A DNA stretch of 64,000 nt from an uncultured Gemmatimonadaceae bacterium (GTDB lineage: Bacteria > Gemmatimonadota > Gemmatimonadetes > Gemmatimonadales > Gemmatimonadaceae): assembly GCA_963761305.1 (NCBI GenBank), contig CAVXGK010000001.1, positions 1,408,001 through 1,472,000 on the forward strand, written 5' to 3'. The notes below the pieces were generated by a model, which saw nothing but the letters and a program-made list of their open reading frames with translations, was not told the DNA's origin and did not search any database. A program made the translations under genes and the position numbers. The stretch's first letter is position 1, and each line of letters begins with the position of its first letter. Positions 48,112-56,999 of the stretch are shown here, piece by piece.

Positions 48112-50082
48112 ATGCCGGATCGGGATCGGTCGACCCAGTCGCAGCTCGAAGCTCGTCTCGTCCGGGTGGAGCGAGCGCTCGACGCCATCACGAGAGAGGT
48201 GACGGCCATTCGAGCCGACCTCGCTCCGACGAGCCCCGCGCCGTCCGCAGCGGAGTCCGCGTCCGAGCCGCAGACACGGCCCGGGCCGCCGCCGCGAACC
48301 GCGGCCCCGCCGCCTAGACCAACAGGACCGCGCGCGCCCACCGACGGGCTCGATCTCGAGCGCCTGCTAGGACGCTACGTAATGTTGGGCATCGCCGTGC
48401 TCGCCGCCGTCGCCGCCGTCGGGACCTTTCTGCGATGGGCGATCAGCAAGGGCTATCTCACGCTATTACCCGGCGCGCGAGTGATCATCGCGCTCGTCTT
48501 TGCCGTGGGGATTGGGGTGTGGGGCGCTCGGATTCGCCGACGCGAGCGTCCGTTCGGCTCGAGCATGATCGGGCTCGCCCTTGTGATCACGTTGGTCTGC
48601 GCGTACGCCGCCGGACCGGGCCTTCATCTCGTACCCTCCTCCGTCGCGTTCGCGGGCTCCATCGCTGTGTCGTGGGGACTGGCGCTGTTCGCGCATGCCG
48701 AGAAGGACGAACCGCTCTGGTGCGTCGCCTTCGGCGGCGCGGCGGTCGTGCCGTTCGTGACGAGCAGTGGCGACGGCAACTTCTACGCGCTCGCCGGCTA
48801 CGGCGCGTTTCTGCTCTTCGCGGCGTGCTTCGCCATCAGCCATCGCCCCTGGCCTGTGGCGTGGCGCGTCTTCTATCTGGCGACAGGACTCTACTCGGCG
48901 ACGGTGACCGTCATGTCGCGGGCCGAGGGAATGCGCGGCTTTCTCACGGCGTTCGCGTTTCCCTTCGTGCTCGCCGTGGCCGGCGTGCTCCCGTTCGCTC
49001 CGGTCACTCACAAGCGCGCCGCGCTGCGCTGGCTGGCCATTCTCGCGGTAGCCGCAGGTTTCGCCACGCCGCACGGGCAGCACACGGCGAACGAGTCCGC
49101 GCAGATCGCCGGGGTCGTGCTCGGCGCGGCGGCTCTTTGGCTCCTTCTCGTCGACCGCCTCAGCGCCACGAAGCAGTCGAGCATCCTGGTTTCCAATCAG
49201 GACAATACGACGGTGCTCGACTGGTTCGACGCGGCGCTCATTCCGCTCACGCTCTGCCTGCAGGCGGGCGGCGCCATCGAACCGTTCGCGTCCCAGGCCG
49301 TGATCGATGGTATCGCCGCGCTGCTGTTCGTGCTGTTCGTCGCACGCCGAGAATTGTGCACCGCCCGCGACGCCGCGGCGGCGGCCTGCGCGATCGTGGC
49401 GGTCGTCGCCATATCGCAACTGAAGTTGGAGGAGCCTACAGGTCGCATCCTCGCGCTGCTCGGCCTCGCCACGATCTTGCTGCTGCTGAGCAAGGCATGG
49501 CCGAGTGTGTCGTGGATCGTTTCGACCGCGATGGTGACGGTAACCGCCGCCGCGTTCAGTCTCCTGGCGCTCGTCGCCCGGCCGTCGTTCATCGATCCGC
49601 CGTTCACGACCGAGGCGTCGCGCACCGCGCTGTGGGTTCTGATCTTCCTCATCCTCACGGCGCGTTTCCGGGGATGGATTCCCGGCGTCGCGGCGTCCGC
49701 CGACGTGACAGCGGAGAACGATGCGAAGAGCGACGACACTCTCCTTCCCGATCTGCTTGGCGCGTCGCCATGGGCGTGGGCGTTTCTCTGGGTCTTGATC
49801 GAGTTGGCGAAGGCGTACGGCCGGAGCACATCGACGCTCCTCCTCGTCATCTACTTCGCCTCGACCGCCATCGCCGCCGTCGCGGTCGGGCACGTCCGGC
49901 GCTCGGCCCAACTACGCCACGTCGGCCTCGCGTTGGCGCTGCTCGCCGCGGCCACCGCCGTGCACGGCGCCGCGACGTATTTCGACGTCGGAGCGCGCGT
50001 GCTCGCGTATCTCGTCACGAGCGCGCTTCTCCTCGGCATCGCGTACTGGTACCGGCGCCGCGGCGTCGAGTCCGCGGCCTGA
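48112..50082 (+). CDS. DUF2339-like polytopic membrane protein
   Basis: N-terminal coiled coil, Pro-rich linker, LERLLGRY, many TMs. Confidence 0.8.
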   Translation: MPDRDRSTQSQLEARLVRVERALDAITREVTAIRADLAPTSPAPSAAESASEPQTRPGPPPRTAAPPPRPTGPRAPTDGLDLERLLGRYVMLGIAVLAAVAAVGTFLRWAISKGYLTLLPGARVIIALVFAVGIGVWGARIRRRERPFGSSMIGLALVITLVCAYAAGPGLHLVPSSVAFAGSIAVSWGLALFAHAEKDEPLWCVAFGGAAVVPFVTSSGDGNFYALAGYGAFLLFAACFAISHRPWPVAWRVFYLATGLYSATVTVMSRAEGMRGFLTAFAFPFVLAVAGVLPFAPVTHKRAALRWLAILAVAAGFATPHGQHTANESAQIAGVVLGAAALWLLLVDRLSATKQSSILVSNQDNTTVLDWFDAALIPLTLCLQAGGAIEPFASQAVIDGIAALLFVLFVARRELCTARDAAAAACAIVAVVAISQLKLEEPTGRILALLGLATILLLLSKAWPSVSWIVSTAMVTVTAAAFSLLALVARPSFIDPPFTTEASRTALWVLIFLILTARFRGWIPGVAASADVTAENDAKSDDTLLPDLLGASPWAWAFLWVLIELAKAYGRSTSTLLLVIYFASTAIAAVAVGHVRRSAQLRHVGLALALLAAATAVHGAATYFDVGARVLAYLVTSALLLGIAYWYRRRGVESAA

Positions 50083-50101
50083 CGCACTGCTCCATCCTAC
50101 G

Positions 50102-50377
50102 TCAGATCGTGCGCTCTAAGGCCCTCAGCGTCGTGAGCAGCGGCCTCAACTCGCCATCCGCCAGCTCCGGGTGCCCAAGCTCGTCGCGTTCGACGCGGTG
50201 CAGAAAGCGCGCGATCTGCGTGTCCGACGCGCCGCGCGCGAGCAGACTGTAGACCTCGTGCGCGAATCGGTCGTACTCGTGCTGCGGCTCCACCGCGACG
50301 CCCAGCCCGAGAGGATTCCACTGATCGACCATTGCACGAGCAATGCTGCGCTCGACCTCTTCGCGTGGCGTCGGCAT
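50102..50377 (-). CDS. Small hypothetical protein (WNP.G...EYD motif)
   Basis: AAGGAG SD; helical 91 aa. Confidence 0.7.
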   Translation of the reverse strand: MPTPREEVERSIARAMVDQWNPLGLGVAVEPQHEYDRFAHEVYSLLARGASDTQIARFLHRVERDELGHPELADGELRPLLTTLRALERTI

Positions 50378-50486
50378 GAGCGGCTCCTTGGGGGCGGGTT
50401 GTGCGCCTCAACATACGACCTGCCGGCGTCGACGGTGAGCTTGCAAGGGAACCGACCGACGCGAGCCCGCCTGTACGTCCGCCGGT

Positions 50487-53246
50487 TCACGACTCCCTCA
50501 GTGCCACGATCGGCGCAACTCGCGCCGCGCGGTACGCGGGCACCAGCGTCGCCGCGACGGCACTGGCGACCAGAACCCCGATTGCAACCGCGATCGACAA
50601 CGGATCGGCGGTGCCGACGCCGTGCAGCTGCGCTCTCAAAAGCCGCGTGAGTGCCATGGCGAGCGGTAGGCCGACGACGAGGCCCACGAGCACCAGCGTC
50701 ATCGCGTCGGTCAGCACGAGACGCACGACGTCCTGACGCTGTGCGCCCAGCGCCGCGCGCAGCCCGATCTCTCCCGTGCGTCGCGCGACGGAATAGCTCA
50801 TCACGCCGTACAGTCCGATCCCCGCCAGCGCGAGCGCCAGGATCCCGAACGCCGTCGCCAGGCGCGCGAGCAGAATCTCCTCGCGGATGTAGTCGCGGAT
50901 CAGCGTCGGCAGCGGATCGATCCCGTCGATCGGCAGCGAGGGATCGACGGCAACGATCGTCTTGCGAATTTGCTCGACGAGCGCGCCCGGCTCGCCGAGC
51001 GTACGCACCTCGAGCCGCAGTGCTCCGACCGTGCCGAGCTGGTTCGAGCTGGTGTCGGTGTGGACGTACGGGAAATACATCCGTCGATCCGGCTTTGCGG
51101 TGAGCCCGTGGTCCCTCACGTCCGCGATCACGCCGACGATCTGCACGGCGATCGAGTCGTTGAAGTGAATGAACTTGCCGATCGCATTTTCGCGCGGAAA
51201 ATAAGACTCGGCGAAGCTTCGATTCACGATTGCCGTGCGCGCCGGCTTGTTTTCGTCGCTCGCCACGAGATCGCGGCCGGCGATGACGCGTCCGCCGATC
51301 GCAGCCGCGTAGTTGGGTCCGACGTTGTCATACGCGACGGTCGTGTCATCCGAGGAACCCGCCGAGAACCCGGGCACCTCGATCGACATGTGCGAGTCGG
51401 TGCCGGAAAAGAGGCCGTTCTCCGAGTAGCTGACGCCGGCCACGCCGGGAATCGCCGCCACCTTGTCGCGCAGCGTATGAACCAGCTCGGCGAGCGGCGT
51501 GCCGACATAGCCGTGCGTGAGGATGTCGACGTCCGCGATCACGAGGTGGTCGCGATCGAGCCCGAGGTCGGTGTCCTGCAGGTTGCGGAGGCTGCGCACG
51601 AGAATCGCCGCGCCGACGAGCAGCACGACCGAGAGCGCGACCTGCCCGGAGATGAGCAGGCTGGCCAACGGACGCCGGCGCGCGCCTCGCCCGAGCGACC
51701 CGCTGGCACCGGGCTGCGCGCCGGATCGCATTGTCGCCGCGAGATCCACGCGCGAGGCGTGCAGCGCCGGCGCGAGACCGAATACGCCGACGGCGAGCAC
51801 CGACACGGCCAGCGTGAACGCCAGAATCGTCGGGCTCCAGCCGCTGCCGGCACGCGCGGCGGCGCCGCCCGCGGCGAGCGTGATGAGCCACCGGCTGGCG
51901 ACCCGCGCGAAGACCAATCCGGCGGCGGCGCTGAGGACCGCGAGTACGCCGGCTTCGGTGAGCAGTTGCCGCAGAAGCCGGGCACGGTTCGCGCCGAGCG
52001 CGAGACGCACCGACATCTCGCGGCCGCGCGCGATCGCGCGCGCGAACAGGAGATTGGCGACGTTCGCGCAGATGATGCAGAGCAGCAGCGCGACGCCGAT
52101 CATCAGTGTGAAGAGCGGCGCCTCGAACGTGGCGCGCACGCGCGAGAAACCCTTCGCGCCCGACGAGACCCACGTTTGCTGGTTGCTTTGGCGGAACTCC
52201 GACGCGGCCCTCGGACCGGCGTTGGCCACGATGCTGCGCGCGATGAGTGGTCCGATTTCGGCCGCGGCCTGGCCGAGCGTCGCGCCGGGCTTGAGTCGTC
52301 CGAGCAACAAGAGCCAGCTCTGCCCGCGATCGCGCAGCGCCGTCTCGTGCGGTTTCATGAGATCGTGCGCCCCCAGCGGGATCCACACGTCCGGATGCTG
52401 TTCGACGATGTCGCCGTTGAACGACGGCGGCGCGACGCCGACGATCGTGCAGCGTACGTCGTCGATCGTGATCGACTGCCCGATCGCCGAACGGTCTTCG
52501 CGAAATCGCCGGGTCCAATAGCCGTAGCTGATCGTCACCGGCACTCCGCCACCGGTCGACGAGTCGGCGCTCGCGTCGAACGCGTGACCCGCGACGGCGC
52601 GCACGCCGAGAAGCGAGAAGTAATTGCCGGAAACGAATCGGCCGCTCGGATGCTCCAGCCCCGCGACGGTGGCGCCGATGCGTGCGTCGAGGCGATCGGT
52701 CCGGCCGGATGCGAGGACGCCGGTGAATACGTCGTTCTGGTCGCGGAGGTCGCGGTACAGCGGCACCGACAGCAAATCCGTGCGCGGTGAGCCGCCCGAG
52801 TGCGAGTTCACGCGCGTCGGATCGCCGATGGCGACGAGCTGCTCGGGATGCGACACGGGCAGGCCGCGCACGAACACGGCGTCGATCATCGAGAAGATCG
52901 CGGTGTTGGCGCCGATGCCGACCGCCAGCGCGCCGACGACGAGCGTTGCGAAGCCGGCGTTTCGCCGCAGCGTGCGGAGAGTGAACGCGAGGTCCTGCAG
53001 GACCTCGCTCATATAGTTCGCCCGTCGCATCGAGAGCTCCCGCTGTTCGTCCATGGTGACGCACGACGTTCGCACTGACTCCAAGTCGCCGAATTGGCGC
53101 TCGGCTTCTCGCCGCGCCGCGTCGAGCGGCAGGCCGTTCGCGACGAGCTGCCGAACGCGCGTCTCGAGGTGAAACGCGAGCTCGTCGTCCACCTCGCGCG
53201 CGAGGCGCGCGCGAGTCGCGGGCAGGCGAAACACGCGGCGCATCAT
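50487..53246 (-). CDS. ADOP-type duplicated MacB/FtsX ABC permease
   Basis: EVDDELAFHLE prefix, IGANTAIFS, CANVANLL, RLALGA, GLYGVMSYSV.RRT.EIG.R.ALGA. Confidence 0.92.
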   Translation of the reverse strand: MMRRVFRLPATRARLAREVDDELAFHLETRVRQLVANGLPLDAARREAERQFGDLESVRTSCVTMDEQRELSMRRANYMSEVLQDLAFTLRTLRRNAGFATLVVGALAVGIGANTAIFSMIDAVFVRGLPVSHPEQLVAIGDPTRVNSHSGGSPRTDLLSVPLYRDLRDQNDVFTGVLASGRTDRLDARIGATVAGLEHPSGRFVSGNYFSLLGVRAVAGHAFDASADSSTGGGVPVTISYGYWTRRFREDRSAIGQSITIDDVRCTIVGVAPPSFNGDIVEQHPDVWIPLGAHDLMKPHETALRDRGQSWLLLLGRLKPGATLGQAAAEIGPLIARSIVANAGPRAASEFRQSNQQTWVSSGAKGFSRVRATFEAPLFTLMIGVALLLCIICANVANLLFARAIARGREMSVRLALGANRARLLRQLLTEAGVLAVLSAAAGLVFARVASRWLITLAAGGAAARAGSGWSPTILAFTLAVSVLAVGVFGLAPALHASRVDLAATMRSGAQPGASGSLGRGARRRPLASLLISGQVALSVVLLVGAAILVRSLRNLQDTDLGLDRDHLVIADVDILTHGYVGTPLAELVHTLRDKVAAIPGVAGVSYSENGLFSGTDSHMSIEVPGFSAGSSDDTTVAYDNVGPNYAAAIGGRVIAGRDLVASDENKPARTAIVNRSFAESYFPRENAIGKFIHFNDSIAVQIVGVIADVRDHGLTAKPDRRMYFPYVHTDTSSNQLGTVGALRLEVRTLGEPGALVEQIRKTIVAVDPSLPIDGIDPLPTLIRDYIREEILLARLATAFGILALALAGIGLYGVMSYSVARRTGEIGLRAALGAQRQDVVRLVLTDAMTLVLVGLVVGLPLAMALTRLLRAQLHGVGTADPLSIAVAIGVLVASAVAATLVPAYRAARVAPIVALRES

Positions 53247-53247
53247 G

Positions 53248-53595
53248 TCACGCCGTCTCCGGCGACACGGCCGCCACGGCGCGGCCGACGGCGCGGGCGT
53301 AGCGCTCCCACGACGTCACCTGCGCGCGCAACTGCGCGCGTCCGGTCCGCGTGAGCTGGTAGTACTTCGCGCGGCGGTTGTTGTCGGAGTAGCCCCAATC
53401 GCCGGTGAGCCAGCCGTTCTTCTCGAGGCGGTGGAGCGCGGTATACAACGGTCCTTCTTCGACCAGCAGCTCGCCCTCCGTGACCGTCTTGACCCACTCG
53501 GCCACCGCGTAGCCGTGCCGCGGTCCCCACATCAGGGCTTTCAGAACGAGCAGGTCGAGCGTCCCGCGAAGAAGTCCGCCTTCCGAATCGAGCAT
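53248..53595 (-). CDS. PadR family regulator (acidobacterial type)
   Basis: LLRGTLDLLVLKAL, HGY, EEG.LY.ALHRLE, NNRRAKYY. Confidence 0.92.
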   Translation of the reverse strand: MLDSEGGLLRGTLDLLVLKALMWGPRHGYAVAEWVKTVTEGELLVEEGPLYTALHRLEKNGWLTGDWGYSDNNRRAKYYQLTRTGRAQLRAQVTSWERYARAVGRAVAAVSPETA

Positions 53596-53603
53596 CGCGC
53601 AAA

Positions 53604-53628
53604 CCCCTCTGTGTTAGAGGGGAACGTA
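53604..53628 (-). promoter_or_regulatory. Inverted repeat (probable PadR operator) with adjacent -10 hexamer
   Basis: CCCCTCT-N5-AGAGGGG (53604-53622); TACGTT on minus strand at 53628-53623. Confidence 0.65.
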
Positions 53629-53757
53629 GAATCGGGGCCGATCGCACGCAAGCGTTAGACGTCAGACGGCTTTCGCACGGGACGAGATACCATGATCGAA
53701 TTTGCAACGGAGCAATTCCTGTCCACCGGTCCACGGGTCCACGCGGCACCGCCTGCG

Positions 53758-54648
53758 TCACTGCGGAAGCAGGCGAATCGCGCCTTTGAACGTTCGCACG
53801 GTCATGTGCGCGTCGCCGGCGCCCAATCGCACGGTCAACGAATGCGCGTCGCTCGACGCGGGGCGCACCTGCGAGAACCCGTTCGCGATCGCGCCCATCA
53901 CCGTCAACAGCTCGAGCCTGCTCGACGCCGTCCGCGGCAGCGCCAGATCGACAGTTCCGGCGTGATCAGAGAACTCGAACACGCTGCCGGGCGCCGGCGT
54001 TGCGGCGTAGCGAATGTCGCCGGTCACGGAGCCGAACACGCCGCGGAGGATCGACGATGCCGCGACATCCAGCGGGCCTCCGACGGTCGATGCGTCCACG
54101 TCCTGCGGCGATCCGCGCACCACCATGCGTCCGCGGCCGGTGCGCGCCTTGACCAGCATCGACGTCACGTTCAAGTCCACGTCGCCGCGAATCGACTCCG
54201 CGTCCACGTGCTCGGCATCCCCCGACAGGCGAATCGCGCCCGACACGGTATAGAACCAACCGCCGATGCCCTCGGCGGCGATCGACGCATCGACGGCTTT
54301 CACCGCGAGCTCGGCGCGTCGTGGAACGTTGATGACCAGCTCCGACGGTTGTTCCGGCGAATCGATGTTTCGCGGTTCGACGCCGAGCTTGTATGACGAG
54401 TCGCCCTTCCCGCCGAGCAAAAAAAACTTGCCGGTTGCAGCGATGCGTCCGCGGACGACGATCGAGTCGCGGTCCCACGCAACGATGCGAACGGAGCCGC
54501 TGGTGACGTACATCTTGATGCCGACGTCGGACGTCGCTTTGCGAGCGCCGAGCACCTTGAGCCCGGGCGTCGTCCCCTGTGCGGTCAATCGTGTCGGCGC
54601 CGTCGGAATCCCGGCCCAGAGGAGCGCGATGAGAATTCGATGGCTCAT
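53758..54648 (-). CDS. DUF4097-like beta-strand repeat protein, secreted
   Basis: Signal peptide; repeated TVSGAI / SIRGDV / TVGGPL / SVTGDI units. Confidence 0.8.
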   Translation of the reverse strand: MSHRILIALLWAGIPTAPTRLTAQGTTPGLKVLGARKATSDVGIKMYVTSGSVRIVAWDRDSIVVRGRIAATGKFFLLGGKGDSSYKLGVEPRNIDSPEQPSELVINVPRRAELAVKAVDASIAAEGIGGWFYTVSGAIRLSGDAEHVDAESIRGDVDLNVTSMLVKARTGRGRMVVRGSPQDVDASTVGGPLDVAASSILRGVFGSVTGDIRYAATPAPGSVFEFSDHAGTVDLALPRTASSRLELLTVMGAIANGFSQVRPASSDAHSLTVRLGAGDAHMTVRTFKGAIRLLPQ

Positions 54649-54650
54649 CG

Positions 54651-55352
54651 TCAGCTCGCGTTGCTGATCTTTTTCAGCACGTCGACCTTCTCACGATAAG
54701 ACGAAGCGAGCATCGCACGCAGCGCGGGATTCTTCGGGTCGTGCGCGATCGCCGCCTGCAATTCGGCGATCGCGAGATCGACCGTCTTCAAGTCCTCGTC
54801 GATCGACGCCTGCGTTTCCGGCGCCAACCGTGCGCGCTCCAGCTTGAGCTCGTCGAGCAATTGATCGGCTTCCACCTGATAGCTCTTGATCGAATCGTCG
54901 GCGAAGCGCAACACGCTGTCGGCGCTCGTCGAGCTCACGGCGGCCGGTGCGACCGTGCGCACGATCGGCGGGACGATTTGAATCACGGTGATCGCCGTGA
55001 CGGCGGCGACGGATGCGGCGACGCCGAGCACCCACGGATCGACGCGCAATCGCCACGACGAGACTACGGTCGACCCGTGCTCCAGCGCCACGACCTTGTT
55101 GCCGTCGATCTGCCGCCGAATGCCGGGCCACAGATCGTTCAGCTCCGGCGCGAACGTCACGGACGCGGCGCGCGATTCATCAATGCGTTTCATGAGAGCC
55201 GTCAGTCGAGCTACGTCGGCGGCGCAGGCGGGGCACGCGGCGAGGTGCCCGCTCACGCGCGCGCGGTCGGCGTCGTCGAGCGTGCCGTCGGCCGTGCGTT
55301 GGCGCTCGTCCTCGGACAGGTGAACGTTCGGGGGAGGAGAAAGGTGCGTCAT
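54651..55352 (-). CDS. Zinc-binding (ZAS) transmembrane anti-sigma factor
   Basis: HLAACPAC (HxxxCxxC), TM, helical C-terminus; overlaps sigma gene. Confidence 0.85.
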   Translation of the reverse strand: MTHLSPPPNVHLSEDERQRTADGTLDDADRARVSGHLAACPACAADVARLTALMKRIDESRAASVTFAPELNDLWPGIRRQIDGNKVVALEHGSTVVSSWRLRVDPWVLGVAASVAAVTAITVIQIVPPIVRTVAPAAVSSTSADSVLRFADDSIKSYQVEADQLLDELKLERARLAPETQASIDEDLKTVDLAIAELQAAIAHDPKNPALRAMLASSYREKVDVLKKISNAS

Positions 55353-55906
55353 GGGGAGAGAGCCGAGAGCAAGGCGCGCCGCGCGCGCCAGAGTTGAGCG
55401 CGCGCGGTCCCTGCGGCGATGCCGGTCAATTCGGCGATTTCCTCGTGCGAGTAGCCGCAGATGTCGTGGAGCACGAGTACGGTGCGCGCGCCCGTCGGGA
55501 GGCGTGCGATCGCCGCCTCGAGATCGATCCGGTCGTCGGCGCCGAGGGCGGACCCGGCCAGCCGCGGCGCGGGCAGGTCGTCGGTCAGCGGAGCGAAATC
55601 GCGCCGCCGATCGGTGCGGAATCGGTTGAGCACGACATTGACCGCAAGTCGATGCAGCCAGGTGCCGATGCCGCTCTCACCGCGGAACGACGGCAGCCGC
55701 TCCCACGCGCGGACGAACGCGTCCTGCACCAGCTCTCTCGCCTCGCCCTCGTCGCGCGTCATGCGGCGGCAGAGGAGATGGATCGCGGGGGAATGCGCGC
55801 GATACAGCGACTCGAAGGCCGCCACGTCGCCGGCCTGCGCGCGTCGAACGACGTCGTCGACGACGGCGTCGTTCGAACGCATGACGGCATTGGTCGAGTC
55901 GACCAT
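55349..55906 (-). CDS. ECF RNA polymerase sigma factor
   Basis: ELVQDAFVRAW, TWLHRLAVN, YSHEEIAELTGIAAGTARAQLWRAR; start approximate. Confidence 0.9.
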   Translation of the reverse strand: MVDSTNAVMRSNDAVVDDVVRRAQAGDVAAFESLYRAHSPAIHLLCRRMTRDEGEARELVQDAFVRAWERLPSFRGESGIGTWLHRLAVNVVLNRFRTDRRRDFAPLTDDLPAPRLAGSALGADDRIDLEAAIARLPTGARTVLVLHDICGYSHEEIAELTGIAAGTARAQLWRARRALLSALSP

Positions 55907-55937
55907 CAGCCGGCGAGTGGCTGCCGCGCGGCGCACG

Positions 55938-56444
55938 TCAACGCTTCGCCAAGTCGGTGAGCGTGGAATCGACTTCGCGTTGCGAAACCGATCGTGGCAC
56001 GACACCGCCCGAGGTGCGCTCGGTGGGAATGCGGACCGAGCCGACGTTGCCGTCGCGATCGAGCGCGATCAGCGCCGTCGTGCTGAGCAAAGACACGCGC
56101 ACGACCCACGCGCCCTCGGTTGGCCACGAACGTCGCACCGAGAACACGCCAGGGCGCGTCGTAGCGGTCAGTTCGAGCGGCACGGTGCGGCGTGCGCCGT
56201 TCACGAGACCCTCGGCCGAGGCCGTGACGTCGGCCAAGTTAGGAACACCCTCGCGCGACATCGTGTGGATGTAAAACGCCACACCACGCGATGCCGGGTC
56301 CCAGGGGTTCACCGGTGATTCGATGGAGAGCCACGGTGGCCACTTGACGATTCGCGCCGACGAGAGCGTCGATCGGCTGGGTGTGGCCGCGATGAGCGAC
56401 AGCGCCACCGCGCCGACCAATGGAACGAGTGCACGACGAAGCAT
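55938..56444 (-). CDS. Secreted hypothetical protein
   Basis: GGAGG SD, signal peptide MLRRALVPLVGAVALSLIAA. Confidence 0.75.
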   Translation of the reverse strand: MLRRALVPLVGAVALSLIAATPSRSTLSSARIVKWPPWLSIESPVNPWDPASRGVAFYIHTMSREGVPNLADVTASAEGLVNGARRTVPLELTATTRPGVFSVRRSWPTEGAWVVRVSLLSTTALIALDRDGNVGSVRIPTERTSGGVVPRSVSQREVDSTLTDLAKR

Positions 56445-56556
56445 GGAACCTCCGTTCGGTTGGGGCCAGAAGCCTTCAACCGATTGGATGCCCGGATGCC
56501 TCAATGTGCTTACGCGTGGCTGAACCGGTGGACCGGCGGGCCGGTCAACGACGCGG

Positions 56557-56766
56557 CTACTCGGGGGGCGGGTCGTCGACCGAGGTGGATTCGCTGAAGC
56601 CGCCCTCACACTCGAGTTCGTCGAGTTCGTCGAGTTCGTCGAGTTCGTCGAGCAATTCGAAGCAGTCGTCGTCATCGAGGTCGTCCAGGTCGTCGAGCTG
56701 ACGCTCGAAATCAGTTTCGATGCTCTCGGTCGCGGCGTGTGCCGGCGTGTGGTTGGAATTGGCCAT
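56557..56766 (-). CDS. Possible small, highly acidic protein with (LDE)n repeat
   Basis: 69-aa ORF from ATG 56766; 9-bp tandem repeat keeps the frame; no clear SD. Confidence 0.4.
   Translation of the reverse strand: MANSNHTPAHAATESIETDFERQLDDLDDLDDDDCFELLDELDELDELDELECEGGFSESTSVDDPPPE
56612..56652. repeat. 9-bp tandem repeat (TCGAGTTCG) x4.5
   Basis: Read directly from sequence. Confidence 0.9.
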
Positions 56767-56999
56767 GTGTCGGGATCCGGTTCGGGTGGACCACATGATC
56801 GGGTCTCCCGGCCGAAGCCGCGGCACCATGGCGTTGCGGGTCACCCCATTTCATTTCACGTCGCCGCCGGGTGCGCACCGGCGGCGCGGCGCGTAGCTTG
56901 GAGCCGTTGCTCGGACGTGCCGTTCGTTTCGACCCAACCGCGTGCGTCGTCGTACCACGCGGCGCTCCACCCGCGCCGCCTTCACCTGAGATCGCTGAT

